Shown here: positions 43,801-52,301 of the stretch, in pieces | How positions within the stretch are numbered: the first letter of the stretch is position 1 | How the letters are laid out: every line of letters starts with the position of its first letter | Source of the DNA: a virus | IMG/VR virus record: IMGVR_UViG_3300046674_000532 | DNA: 64,000 nucleotides | Direction: 5' to 3' (one strand) | Notes under the pieces: model-generated | The model's input: the letters and a program-made list of their open reading frames with translations, nothing else | What the model was told of the DNA's origin: nothing | The model's database searches: none | Position numbers and translations under genes: made by a program

Positions 43801-45925
43801 GGCCGATGATCGGGACCCGGGCCTGGAGGACGGAGAGCGCTGCCCCGTACCGGGTCAGGGACACGCCGGCCGCGGCGGCCAGCGACCGCTGCACGGCCAT
43901 CTGCCCGCTCAACGATCGGAAGGCACCGGTGACGCGTCCGGACACGGTGCCGGCGAGCGCTGCCATACGCGGCTGGATGCGGGAGGTCAGCATCGCGGCG
44001 AGGACGAACTGCTGGATCGGGCCGGGCAGCGCGCCGAACGCGGAGACCAGCGTGCCGACGAGGTGGCCGATCGGGCCCAGTACGACGGAGACCGCTGATA
44101 CGGCGGCCATGACGAGGTCCAGGGCTCCCACGACGATGTCGAGGGTGGAGGCCACGGTGCTGCCCTCGCCGGTGAGGTCGCCGAAGGCGGACACGACGGG
44201 CTGGACGCCGTCGGCGAGGTTGCCGAGGACGTCCATGACCATCTTCCCGGCGTTGATGATCAGGTGGAAGAAGGCGGCGATGCCTTCGCCCGCGAGGTCC
44301 TTGAACGGCTCGGCCAGGCCTTCCGCGGAGTCCTTGATCCCGTCGAACTGGGCGCGGGCGGCCGCGAGAAGGTCGGGCCCGAACACGGAGCCCAGGTCGT
44401 TCATGTGCTTGAAAAACTGTTCGATCTTCGGGGTGGCGTCGGACAGGCCGGCAGTGATGCCGCGGGTGAGGAACTCCAGGCCGGGCGCCATGCCCTGGTA
44501 GATCGTCAGGCCGGTCTGCTTGGCCTGGGTCTTGAGCTGGAGCATGGCGCCGGCGAGGCCCTTGCCCTTGGCGGCGGCGATCTCGGAGGCGGCGCCGGTG
44601 TCGGACACCGCGGCCATCAGGTTGTCGAAGCTGTCGACGCCCTGGTGGGCGAGGGCGATGGCGCCGGACATGGCCGGCTTGCCCATGGACTTCTTGACGG
44701 CGGCCGCGAAGTCCTTCTGGCTCATCTTGTGCTGGGCGTGGGACAGGCCGTCGATGACGTAGCGCAGGCCTTTGAACTGCCCGGACGCAGACCACGCTTC
44801 GATGCCCATGGCCTTGAGGCCTTCGATCATCTGCGGGGTGGGGGCGGCCAGGTTGGCCATCATGCCGCGCAGTGTCGTACCGGCGGTCTGGCCGAGGATG
44901 CCGGCCTTGCCGAGCATGCCGACCGCGGACGCGGTCTCCTGCATGGTGACGCCGAGCCCGTGCGCGACCGGGCCCGCGTACTTCATGGCGTAGTAAATGT
45001 CGATAATGTCGCCGGATGCGGCATTTGCCGTAGCGGCGAGGGTGTCGGCGGCCTTGCCCGCCTGGTCGGCGCCCATGCCGAACTGGTCCATCATGTCGCC
45101 GAGATACTTCGCGCTGTCGGCGGCGTCTACCTGCGCGGCGGAGGCGAGGATCAGGCTGGCGCGGGTGGAGGAGATGGCCTGGTCGGTACGGAACCCGGCC
45201 TTGGCGAGTTCCACCATCGCCTCGGCGGCGTCCGCGGCGGTGGCGCCGGGGATGCTGAGGTCGTTGCCGAGCTGGTTGGCGGTCGCCCCTGCGCGCTGCA
45301 TCTGCATGGCGGTCGCGCCGGTCGTCGCCCCGAACGCGTTCATCGACTGCTGGAGTTCGCCGCCCATCTTCAGCAGCTCGGCGCCGCCGATGACGAACGC
45401 CCCGCCGGTCAGCAGGTTGGCCAGGGACATGAGCTGGCGGCGGGCGTGCCCGGACTCGTCACCGATGCGGCGCAGGCCACGGACGCTGCCGCCGCCGACC
45501 CGGGCCAGGCGTGAGTCGGCGCGTCGGGCCGCGTCGGCCAGGCGCAGCAGGTCCCGGACCGCACCGTCGATCTGCCCGGACATGCGGGCGAGTTGCCGGG
45601 CGGTGGTGCGGGAGTGATCGCCCAGGGTGTTGACGTGCCGCTGGGCGCGCTGCGCGGCATCCCCGTAGCGGCCGAGGTGGCGGGCCGCGGCCTGGGCGCC
45701 CTCTCCCAGCCGGGTCAGGTTGCGGCCTGCCGTGCGGGCTTCGCGACCCAGGGTGCGCAGGTGCCGGGTCGCGGTGTCGGCGGCCTGCCCGAGTTCCTTG
45801 ACCTCGGTCTTCGCGGTACGTGCGGCATTCCCGAGGCTGCGGGCGTGCTTCGCCGACGACTTCAGCGACTGGGCGAGATCATTACCGTGCCCGCGGATGT
45901 CCACGGACAAGTTCCAGTTGGCCAC
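40832..45925 (-). CDS. Tape measure protein (1697 aa)
   Basis: Largest ORF; GTG start with GAGGGAGGGG upstream. The N-terminus is helical and repetitive, with Gly/Ala-rich TM-like segments. It follows the frameshifted chaperone genes. Confidence 0.9.
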   Translation of the reverse strand: MANWNLSVDIRGHGNDLAQSLKSSAKHARSLGNAARTAKTEVKELGQAADTATRHLRTLGREARTAGRNLTRLGEGAQAAARHLGRYGDAAQRAQRHVNTLGDHSRTTARQLARMSGQIDGAVRDLLRLADAARRADSRLARVGGGSVRGLRRIGDESGHARRQLMSLANLLTGGAFVIGGAELLKMGGELQQSMNAFGATTGATAMQMQRAGATANQLGNDLSIPGATAADAAEAMVELAKAGFRTDQAISSTRASLILASAAQVDAADSAKYLGDMMDQFGMGADQAGKAADTLAATANAASGDIIDIYYAMKYAGPVAHGLGVTMQETASAVGMLGKAGILGQTAGTTLRGMMANLAAPTPQMIEGLKAMGIEAWSASGQFKGLRYVIDGLSHAQHKMSQKDFAAAVKKSMGKPAMSGAIALAHQGVDSFDNLMAAVSDTGAASEIAAAKGKGLAGAMLQLKTQAKQTGLTIYQGMAPGLEFLTRGITAGLSDATPKIEQFFKHMNDLGSVFGPDLLAAARAQFDGIKDSAEGLAEPFKDLAGEGIAAFFHLIINAGKMVMDVLGNLADGVQPVVSAFGDLTGEGSTVASTLDIVVGALDLVMAAVSAVSVVLGPIGHLVGTLVSAFGALPGPIQQFVLAAMLTSRIQPRMAALAGTVSGRVTGAFRSLSGQMAVQRSLAAAAGVSLTRYGAALSVLQARVPIIGRMGASFRTAAAAGTGFTGTLRGIGAAAGTAARGLGSGLMGALGGPWGLAITAATIGLGFLATKQQQAAQAAAEHQQQISSLSQALRDSNGVVNESVRSIATENLMQQKIKTTLDGQQRLVDLARTAKVPMSELVDAYTNQGTSLGKLQKHLEDVAAANHHWVLDPESGVGGDALNKQGQAADDLRQGLSGLSGDFKKAAADARDYNEGVNGASNGVTAYDRLKTAVGALADRTGDADTRTRALREALDLLSGGSVSLQAAQARVNEAISNANEAMKNGIDHTAGYGKALVKTNGQLDTTTKNGQDLFNTLNTVADGSASAAVAAYDFADSQGKGLPESMAAARAEMEKSRKAAIDLMGGYGLTATQAGRVADSMGLIPGQVSILLSTHGVDSTLAELMAVQAQFKAQPTKKTIKIDALGEDAKRELEDLGYKIKLIPGTREYKITAPTQGARADLDLLIAKLSSVKGKNVPVGVIDRASATARAIQAAIDRIRSKTVTLTTVRHTINVEATVARTNKNLAGYSNGGIVDHYANGGIQRGGVQRFAGGAENHVAQIAPGGSWRVWGEPETQGEGYVPFAASKRPRSRAITEEIVRRLGGNPGGINWNADGNVTDWRYDPTSGSLYSASDAGQAGHKTKKVKVKVKGKWKTKEVEYFDIGAVEKKLKSAAKATTAWNKDLEAVARRAGGDVADALAAMGEDGMKLAHKMATGSTKYINDMSKALRDLQKTAKATLEDYTRQLGKANVLNKTFSDNLAKLAAEGFGDLAAQLAAQNDQAAQDLAAAAVKDKGKASKANDAAKTANKALTADEVSELVSIIAAIKTSKTGLHDVAATTALGEDEIITVANKAKSQISKSLGTRATRFLSDLGKANKGLAYADGGIRSGIYSTSGGAVTFAEPSTGGEAYIPLGANKRSSAMPVLADVAGRFGVGLRDATKEKIIIIRQQAPLIGENHYHIGDRRSDRDLARDIDSRQGYQLRRLARGGVGARG

Positions 45926-45967
45926 CGGTACGCCCCTCCCTCGCTGCTCGACTCGTGCGGTGTGCGG

Positions 45968-46899
45968 TTACCGGGCGCCGAGTTCGGCGGCCAGCTGCTG
46001 CGCTGCGTGGATGTGCGCGGGCAGCAGCAGGACCTTCAGGCCGCCCCCGGCCTGCCCGTCGGGGATCTCCTTCTGCCTCATGGCGATCTCCTCGCAGCCG
46101 AAGCAGTTGTGCGTGACGGCGATGTAGGAGTCCACGTATTCGCCGTTCTCGTCGACCCACTCCGATTCGCGGGTGCCGCACTGCGGGCACATCCCGCGCA
46201 GGTAGTCGGCGTAGGCGAGGGCCTTGTCCCGGTCGCCGGCCGACCAGGTGCCGTCGCCGAGGCCCCGGAACTGCGAGTACGGGATGCGGTACTCGCGGCA
46301 CAGGGCCATCTCGGCGCGGAACCGTAGGTCATCGGTCAGCCTTTTCCCAGGTCGGCCCGGGTGGTGTTCTGCACCCCGTAGGCGGCGTTGAACATCGCGT
46401 TGGCCTCGGCAAGCGACCAGGACTCGAGGAGCTCGCGCGCTTCGGTCTCGGTCATACCGTCGACGGACGCGGCCGCGATCAGCGCGGCGGGGTATCCCTC
46501 GCCCCACTCCTTGCCGTCTTCGGATTCCGCCTCGGACGCCGGATGCGCCTTGAAGACGGCTTCGTAGGCCGGGCGGGGCAGGGCGCGGAAGCGGATGGCG
46601 ATGGCGACCTGGTCGTAGGCGGCGTTCGCCTCGTCCCGCTCCCGGGTGGCGGTGGCGAGGTCGGCGGCCGCCTCAGCGTCCTTGGGGTGGGCCTTGGCGT
46701 AGTTCTCGGCCAGGTCGAACGCGCGGGCGGCCCGGTTGTGGCGGTCGCGGACGGCCTGGTCGTCGCAGATGACGAAGGTGGTCTCGGCGAGCGACCGGTT
46801 GCGGAGCCGGTTCATCTTGGCGGACCAGTGCGCGTCGGCGGCCACAGCCTGCGCGGGCGGCTCGGGGGTGGCGGTCTGCCGGGTTCGGGTGGTGGTCAT
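45968..46899 (-). CDS. Tail assembly chaperone -1 frameshift fusion product (gpGT analogue)
   Basis: A -1 slip on G_GGA_AAA (46342..46348) continues as GKRLTDDLRFRAEMALCREY..., exactly the frame of track ORF 45968..46507. Confidence 0.75.
46336..46899 (-). CDS. Tail assembly chaperone (gpG analogue, 187 aa)
   Basis: Lies between the major tail and tape-measure genes. It ends ...ADLGKG* with the slippery heptamer GGGAAAA at its 3' end. Confidence 0.8.
   Translation of the reverse strand: MTTTRTRQTATPEPPAQAVAADAHWSAKMNRLRNRSLAETTFVICDDQAVRDRHNRAARAFDLAENYAKAHPKDAEAAADLATATRERDEANAAYDQVAIAIRFRALPRPAYEAVFKAHPASEAESEDGKEWGEGYPAALIAAASVDGMTETEARELLESWSLAEANAMFNAAYGVQNTTRADLGKG
46342..46348 (-). 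other. Programmed -1 ribosomal frameshift slippery site GGGAAAA
   Basis: Canonical X_XXY_YYZ heptamer in the zero frame (CTG GGA AAA GGC TGA), 4 nt before the chaperone stop. Confidence 0.75.
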
Positions 46900-46920
46900 G
46901 GCGGGTGGGTCCTCCGGTTC

Positions 46921-46961
46921 GGGAAGGGGACCCGGCCGGGCGCCGATGGGCGCCCCTTCCC
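46921..46961 (-). terminator. Bulged GC hairpin between the major tail and chaperone genes (attenuator-like)
   Basis: Outer stem GGGAAGGGG / CCCCTTCCC and inner stem GGGCGCC-gatg-GGCGCCC. It sits within the late operon. Confidence 0.45.
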
Positions 46962-47014
46962 GAACGCGTCGGGGCCCGGCCGGGCGTAGAGGGGGTGTTG
47001 CGGTCCGGCTGGGG

Positions 47015-47818
47015 TCAGCCGCCCGGCGTGGTCGTGGAGACCGTGACGGTCGGTGTGGTGCCGCCGGTCAGGGTCGCGGTCGCGGTCATCTGCGGGACGT
47101 CGGCGCCGTCGTAGGCGCCACCGAACGTGACGACGACCGGGGTTCCCGGGTGCGGGCCGCCGGTGCAGACGACGTCGCCGGACGCGATGTTCGACAGCGC
47201 CTCGAGCGCGGACTGCACGGCGGACGCGGCAGCGTTGTACACGATGGCCGCGGTGGTCTGCCCGGAGAAGGTCAGCGTGTACGAGCCACCGGTGGGGGTG
47301 CCGGTGATCGTGATCGTCTGGACCTCGTCCGTGCCCGCGGCGGGCACCGGTGCGCCCTGGAGCGGCCGGCTCGTGATGGAGCAGGTGGCCATGAACTTGG
47401 CGGCCTCGTTGTCGGCGGTGTACTGCGGCGACTGGGAGGCGACCCGGATCGGGAAGACGTCCATCGAGTTGTTCGCGGGGACGTCGCCCTTACGCATGAT
47501 CACGATGTAGGCGTTCGTGCCCTTCGCGAAAAGCTGCTCCAGGTCGGCGTCTTCCTCGTCCTCGTAGAACGTGAAGCTGCTGGAGTCGGCCTTGTCGCTG
47601 CCGGGGATGGTGGAGTCGTAGGTGTCCGCCATGTCCGGCGTGTCGATCTCGTTGTTGGCGACCGTCCACCCGTCCATCGCGGCGATGTAAGGGGAGAACT
47701 CGGTGCCGGCGGAGATCTCGCTGCGCGTGGGCAGCATGTCGTCGGACGCGATCGACGGCACGAAGAAGAACTTCGACGTACCGCGCCGCATGTACTTCTT
47801 CGGCTTGGCAAGCAGCAT
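47015..47818 (-). CDS. Major tail protein with a C-terminal roughly 100-aa display-type module (267 aa)
   Basis: ATG at 47818 (MLLAKPKKYMRRGTSKFFFVP...). Position is upstream of the chaperones. The C-terminal module is shared with the decoration protein. Confidence 0.75.
   Translation of the reverse strand: MLLAKPKKYMRRGTSKFFFVPSIASDDMLPTRSEISAGTEFSPYIAAMDGWTVANNEIDTPDMADTYDSTIPGSDKADSSSFTFYEDEEDADLEQLFAKGTNAYIVIMRKGDVPANNSMDVFPIRVASQSPQYTADNEAAKFMATCSITSRPLQGAPVPAAGTDEVQTITITGTPTGGSYTLTFSGQTTAAIVYNAAASAVQSALEALSNIASGDVVCTGGPHPGTPVVVTFGGAYDGADVPQMTATATLTGGTTPTVTVSTTTPGG
47018..47326 (-). repeat. Shared protein module, copy 1 (C-terminus of the major tail protein)
   Basis: EVQTITITGTPTGGSYTLTFSGQTTAAIVYNAAASAVQSALEALSNI...TFGG...LTGGTTPTVTVSTTTPGG. 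By-eye alignment with 52500..52802 shows roughly two thirds identical residues. Confidence 0.7.
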
Positions 47819-47957
47819 TCGTGGGCCCCTTGGTCCCGGGGCCTTCGAGGTCTGTGGGACCCGGCCCCTTACACGGTGTGTATGGGTGGCGGCCACCTGC
47901 CTGGTGGCGTCCGCGTGGGGTCCCGCCGCGGTGCGGTCATACAGCCCTGACCTTCGG

Positions 47958-48407
47958 TCAGGTGGAAGTCAGGTCGAACCTGAACCTGCTGGCACTGCTC
48001 ATGATTCCATCGGCGGCGTCAGGTGTTCCCCCCGCTTCGACCTCGGCGGCCCGGCCGATGACCCTGGCGCCGGACACGGCCAGGGCGTGAAGCCACGCGC
48101 GGGTGACCGGGTTGCGGCCGAGGAGGACTTCGCGGGCGGTGTCGGCCAGCCACTCCATCTGGTCCTGGGTGCCGTGCGAGTCCGGGGCGGCCAGGTCGCG
48201 GGCGGAGATGCAGTTGACCTGGTAGATGAGGCTGCAGTCCTCGTTCAGGTCCGAAAACGGCGCTCCGGAGGTCTGCCGGTCGATGAAGTGCAGGATGTAG
48301 TACTCGGTCGGGTTCCCGTCCGGGATCACGCCCTCCCCGACCGGCTTCCCGGTGCCGGTGGCGAGCAGGGTGACGAGCGCGTTGGTGACCAGCCGCGTTT
48401 TGATCAC
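47958..48407 (-). CDS. Head-tail joining / tail terminator-like protein (149 aa)
   Basis: GTG at 48407 overlaps the upstream stop (GTGA). Position is immediately upstream of the major tail gene. Confidence 0.55.
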   Translation of the reverse strand: MIKTRLVTNALVTLLATGTGKPVGEGVIPDGNPTEYYILHFIDRQTSGAPFSDLNEDCSLIYQVNCISARDLAAPDSHGTQDQMEWLADTAREVLLGRNPVTRAWLHALAVSGARVIGRAAEVEAGGTPDAADGIMSSASRFRFDLTST

Positions 48408-48790
48408 AGCAGGACCTCCGCGAGGGCGAGGCGCATCGTCGCCATCAGCGTGGCCTCGATGAACGGCAGGGCCGGCTGGACGTGCGGGAACGGCGGCTGG
48501 TTGTAGTTGCGGCCGATGCTGTCCATGCCGACGAAGCCGAACTCGAGGCGTCGGCCCTGGGGCGCGTTGGTGCCCAGGGTGCAGATCGCCCCGTGGGGAA
48601 TCCTTCGGGTGTCGGTCTGCCAACTGTTGCGGTAGGCGCCGGTGATGACGTTCGGTCCGGGCCGGCCGGAGGCGTTGCCCCGGATCCTGGCCTGCCCGAG
48701 CGTGCCGGTGTGCTCGACGGCGTGCGCGATGGCCGGGCCGACCTTCTTCGCGGCGAGCTCGAGCTTGGCGGCCAGTTCATCCGGGGTCAC
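48404..48790 (-). CDS. HK97 gp10-like head-tail connector protein (128 aa)
   Basis: GTG at 48790 (GTGA overlap). TGAYRNSW...QGRRLEFG resembles the HK97 gp10 family pattern. Confidence 0.6.
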   Translation of the reverse strand: MTPDELAAKLELAAKKVGPAIAHAVEHTGTLGQARIRGNASGRPGPNVITGAYRNSWQTDTRRIPHGAICTLGTNAPQGRRLEFGFVGMDSIGRNYNQPPFPHVQPALPFIEATLMATMRLALAEVLL

Positions 48791-49236
48791 AACGGTGCTC
48801 CGGGGGCCTGGTTCTGGTCCAGCGGGGTGATGCGGACGACTTCGGTGGTGGCGGCGCGGGACGGGTCCTGGCACGTCCACGTGCGGCCGATCAGAGCCGT
48901 GTTGGCGGGGTCATGGACCTGGACGACGGTGACAATGGCGTCCTTGGGCACGATGGGCGCCTCGAGCGGCGTCATCAGCCGGTACCTGGACTTGGTCTCC
49001 TGCACCCACGGCTGGAGCGCGCCGGGTGTCGCGGAGATCTCCGACTGCGCGGTCCCGCCCTGCACAGCCCCCGGCCCCTCGTACAGGATCTCCCCGTCCG
49101 GACGGGCCAGCTTGCCCGTGACCTCGTCGAGGACGGGCTTGCCGGTTGCAGGCAGTTCGACCCGCACGGTGTCCAGGAGCAGGTTCTTGCCCACCCAGGC
49201 GCGTACGCCGGCGAGGGCTGCGTCCAGTCCGGGCAT
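48787..49236 (-). CDS. Head-tail adaptor-like protein (149 aa)
   Basis: ATG at 49236 (TGATG overlap with the upstream stop). The call rests on position in the connector module. Confidence 0.55.
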   Translation of the reverse strand: MPGLDAALAGVRAWVGKNLLLDTVRVELPATGKPVLDEVTGKLARPDGEILYEGPGAVQGGTAQSEISATPGALQPWVQETKSRYRLMTPLEAPIVPKDAIVTVVQVHDPANTALIGRTWTCQDPSRAATTEVVRITPLDQNQAPGAPL

Positions 49237-49634
49237 CAGGTCCTCCCCTGCGCCCACTCGGCGAGCTGCTTGAGGATCGCCTCGGTGACGCCCGTCTTCC
49301 CGTCCTCGAGGTCCATGCGGTCCAGCGCGGCACGTTGCACGGCCGCCGGGTCCAAGCCGAGGACGAATTCGGCGATGGCGGCGCCAGTGTCCTGCTGGAC
49401 GGCGACCGCCACCCGGGACAGGCCTTCGAACGCGACGTGGTCGGCCTGCCGGATGTGCAGGACCAGCATGGGCAGGGAGTCGGCGATGGAGTGCTCGAGT
49501 TGGTAGCCCACGATCTGCCCGGCTGGCAGGGGGGTGCCGTCGATGCTGATGGTGGCGCTGCCGGGCTGCGCCTCGATACGGACGCCGCGCGCGGCCGACT
49601 CGGCGGGCCCGGTCTGCTGGGGCTGTTCGGTCAT
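49236..49634 (-). CDS. Hypothetical head-tail module protein (132 aa)
   Basis: ATG at 49634 overlaps the upstream stop (ATGA). MTEQPQQTGP... Confidence 0.5.
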   Translation of the reverse strand: MTEQPQQTGPAESAARGVRIEAQPGSATISIDGTPLPAGQIVGYQLEHSIADSLPMLVLHIRQADHVAFEGLSRVAVAVQQDTGAAIAEFVLGLDPAAVQRAALDRMDLEDGKTGVTEAILKQLAEWAQGRT

Positions 49635-50485
49635 ACAGGATCTCCCGATACGAGGCCGCGGCGGCTGTTCAGGTCGGGGCGCGGGACCCACTGGCGGATA
49701 CAGCCGTGGTGGGCGAGGGGGAAGGCGGCCGCGTCGTCTGCGGATCGGATGGTGCCGTCGGCATGGTCGGTGTCGGGGTGGGACTGGAATCCGCACTCCG
49801 GGCCGTCGATGCATTCGAACCAGTCGGCCTCGATGTCTAGGCGGCCGGTGTTGATGGCGCCGGCGTTCGCGGCGCTGACGCCCTGCCACATGAGGGCGGA
49901 ACGAGCCCAGGCTTTGACGGGGTGGCGTGACTGGTCCGCGTAGATGACGGTGCTCAGCGGGTGGTCTGCGGTGAGTTTCGGGCTGTCGACGCGCGGGGTG
50001 CTGTATTCGACGATGACCTGCCGGACGGCAGTCTGCACTGCGCGGGCGAATGCTTGGGCGCGGCGGACTGCTTCGGAGATGCGCTGGATGAGGTCGACGT
50101 AGAACCCGGCGGTCAGGGTGGTGAGGGCTGCCTGGTGGGGGGTGGTCCAGCGGAACAGGGTGACGTCGGCGGCAGCACGCTCGAGGGCGCGCAGGGCGCC
50201 GTCGCGGTAGATGGTGGGCAGCGTGGTCGCGGCCCAGCGTTCGGTGAACGCGCGGGCGGACCGGTCGAACTGGGCGACTTGGCCGTTGAAGACGGCCAGG
50301 GCTGTACGGAAGCGGCTGGTGGCCTGGTAGCCGGGCCGGATCTGCTCGACGGCGCGCAGGAGGTCGTCCTGGGCGAGGGTGAGGCGTTTCCATTCCCGGG
50401 TGAGCTGGGCGACGGCGGCCGCGATGGCCAGGAGGAGTTCCTCCCGTCCGTCGACGGTCCGGTCGACTGGGGTGGGGGTGGTCAT
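49631..50485 (-). CDS. Minor capsid / head morphogenesis protein (SPP1 gp7 / Mu F-like, 284 aa)
   Basis: Clean track ORF. The C-terminal ...CIDGPECGF...LAHHGCIRQW recalls the HxxCxC end of gp7/MuF-family proteins. The call is tentative. Confidence 0.55.
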   Translation of the reverse strand: MTTPTPVDRTVDGREELLLAIAAAVAQLTREWKRLTLAQDDLLRAVEQIRPGYQATSRFRTALAVFNGQVAQFDRSARAFTERWAATTLPTIYRDGALRALERAAADVTLFRWTTPHQAALTTLTAGFYVDLIQRISEAVRRAQAFARAVQTAVRQVIVEYSTPRVDSPKLTADHPLSTVIYADQSRHPVKAWARSALMWQGVSAANAGAINTGRLDIEADWFECIDGPECGFQSHPDTDHADGTIRSADDAAAFPLAHHGCIRQWVPRPDLNSRRGLVSGDPV

Positions 50486-50829
50486 CGCCGGGGCCGTTCG
50501 CGGAGGAAGAACACGCCCAGCGCGTCGGGGTCGCTGGCTTCGGGGTCCACCGGGTCGTCAGGCGCCGGCGGCTGACCGGCTTCGAGTGCGGCGATCTGCC
50601 GTTCGTAGGCGGCGATGTTCGCAGCGGTGTTGATGGCGACGACAGACACGACGGTGATCCCGGACGGCTGGGCCAACAGGGCGGCGAGCCGTTCGCGGGC
50701 GATCTCGATGGCGACGGCGCGGGCGGTGCCGAGGCGGGTGTAGCGGGATACGAGGTCGGCCAGGTCGGTGTCGGTGCCGAGTTGGGCGAGCAGCCACGCT
50801 CTGACGGCGGTGTTCACTGCTGCCTCCAT
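50482..50829 (-). CDS. Hypothetical head-completion protein (115 aa)
   Basis: Track ORF trimmed to the ATG at 50829 (MEAAVNTAVRAWLL...). Confidence 0.5.
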   Translation of the reverse strand: MEAAVNTAVRAWLLAQLGTDTDLADLVSRYTRLGTARAVAIEIARERLAALLAQPSGITVVSVVAINTAANIAAYERQIAALEAGQPPAPDDPVDPEASDPDALGVFFLRERPRR

Positions 50830-50859
50830 CCGGGGTGGTGGTGGGAAGGGGGTGTGCGG

Positions 50860-50907
50860 GTGCGGGCCCGCCGGGTGGCGCCCCCACCACTGGTGGCGGG
50901 CCCGCAC
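50860..50907 (-). terminator. 13-bp GC hairpin after the capsid gene pair (attenuator-like)
   Basis: GTGCGGGCCCGCC / GGCGGGCCCGCAC with a structured 22-nt loop. It starts 5 nt after the 50912 stop. Confidence 0.5.
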
Positions 50908-50911
50908 GCCG

Positions 50912-51223
50912 CTAGTCGCCGCTGTTGCCCTCTCCAGCGGCGTCCCGGCCCCGAGACCGGCTTGACGCCGCGGTCTTCTTCGCGGCCGTCTTCTTGGCCG
51001 CGGATGCGGCCTGCTTGGTGTCAGCTCCGTCCGAGTCGTCCGAGTCGTCGCCAGAGGCGTCGTCCTCGTCGGCTTCGGCGGGGAGGTTCCCGTCGATCCA
51101 GGCGGACGGGTTCGTCACCAGGGCGGCCAGCCGCGGTTCCGGGCAGGTGCCCGGGTCGAGGATGACCGTCTCGTGCGTCTCCGGGTCCGTCAGGTGCACG
51201 CTCGTTGCGAGTTGGGCGCCCAT
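50912..51223 (-). CDS. Hypothetical acidic protein with a Lys/Ala-rich tail (103 aa)
   Basis: Track ORF with an ATG start, 4 nt after the capsid stop. Confidence 0.5.
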   Translation of the reverse strand: MGAQLATSVHLTDPETHETVILDPGTCPEPRLAALVTNPSAWIDGNLPAEADEDDASGDDSDDSDGADTKQAASAAKKTAAKKTAASSRSRGRDAAGEGNSGD

Positions 51224-51226
51224 GGC

Positions 51227-52288
51227 TCACCACACCGTCGCAGCGATGTGGATGTCGGGGGTGTACATGATGGGCATCGCCGCGGCGGAGCCCTTCGTCC
51301 ACACCTCGACCGGGTCGTCCTCGTACCCGGAGGTGACGATGATGCCGGGGGCCTCCTCCTTGGTGATGGAGGGGTTGCCGCCGAAGGACAGCTTGATGCC
51401 CTCGGCGGTGAGGCCGTACTGGGTTTCGCCCATCTGGCGGGCGTCGGGCGGCAGCAGGAAGAACATGTTCTCCGGCAGGGGCCGCTTTGACGTGCCGTCG
51501 TCGAGGGGGATGGTGACGTCGTAGGCCTCGATGGGCGGCAGGTTGTACTGCGCGCGGACCACGTTGACGGCTTCCGGGGACAGGACGGCGGTCGGGGTGG
51601 CGCTGGGCGCTACGGACCGGTAGTACGCCGCCCGGTAGGAGTCGTTGGCCATGGCCAGCGACCTCGTCTTGTACGAGGTGAGCGCGCGGGTGGGGAGCGG
51701 TGCGCCGGTGGAGCGCAGGTACTCGATCCAGCGCATCTCGTCGCCGAGCATGTCGGCAGCCGGGTTGGTCCAGACGGTCCCGGCGGTCGGCATGTTGTTG
51801 GCCGGCACGTTGTGGTTGGCCTCGATGGTGAGGCCGTTCTCGCCGACCAGGGTGAACTTGCCGTCGACCAGGAGGTCGCCAGCGGCCAGCTCGAGGCGGT
51901 GCTTGATGGACAGGACGTGGGCGGCGGTGTCGTCCCAGATGCTGTCCTTGAGGTCCTCGCCGTCCATGCCGCGGGAGACGGCCTCAAGGATGACCTGGAG
52001 TTCGTCGATCGTGTACTTCTGGCCGAGCGGCAGAAGCTGACCCTCGGTCTCGTACCGCTGGATCTCGCGGTCGGCGACCTTGACCTGGGCGTTCCACGCC
52101 CGGTACGACGCGGCGGCGACGCGCCGCTTGGTGCCGCGAGTCTTCCACTTCACCGAGTTGACTGTGCGCTCGGGGAAGACGGACTGCGTCAGCAGGTAGT
52201 CGGCCGGCGTCTGGATCTGCCGTACGAACGCGTTGATGACGGTGGGGTTGATGTCGCGGAGCAGGAGCTCCAGCATGTCGTCAGCCAT
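51227..52288 (-). CDS. Major capsid protein (lambda gpE-like family suspected, 353 aa)
   Basis: The size, the position after the decoration and scaffold genes, and a clean GC3-rich ORF support the call. Family assignment is from overall resemblance only. Confidence 0.8.
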   Translation of the reverse strand: MADDMLELLLRDINPTVINAFVRQIQTPADYLLTQSVFPERTVNSVKWKTRGTKRRVAAASYRAWNAQVKVADREIQRYETEGQLLPLGQKYTIDELQVILEAVSRGMDGEDLKDSIWDDTAAHVLSIKHRLELAAGDLLVDGKFTLVGENGLTIEANHNVPANNMPTAGTVWTNPAADMLGDEMRWIEYLRSTGAPLPTRALTSYKTRSLAMANDSYRAAYYRSVAPSATPTAVLSPEAVNVVRAQYNLPPIEAYDVTIPLDDGTSKRPLPENMFFLLPPDARQMGETQYGLTAEGIKLSFGGNPSITKEEAPGIIVTSGYEDDPVEVWTKGSAAAMPIMYTPDIHIAATVW

Positions 52289-52301
52289 GTCGGGCCCCTA
52301 C

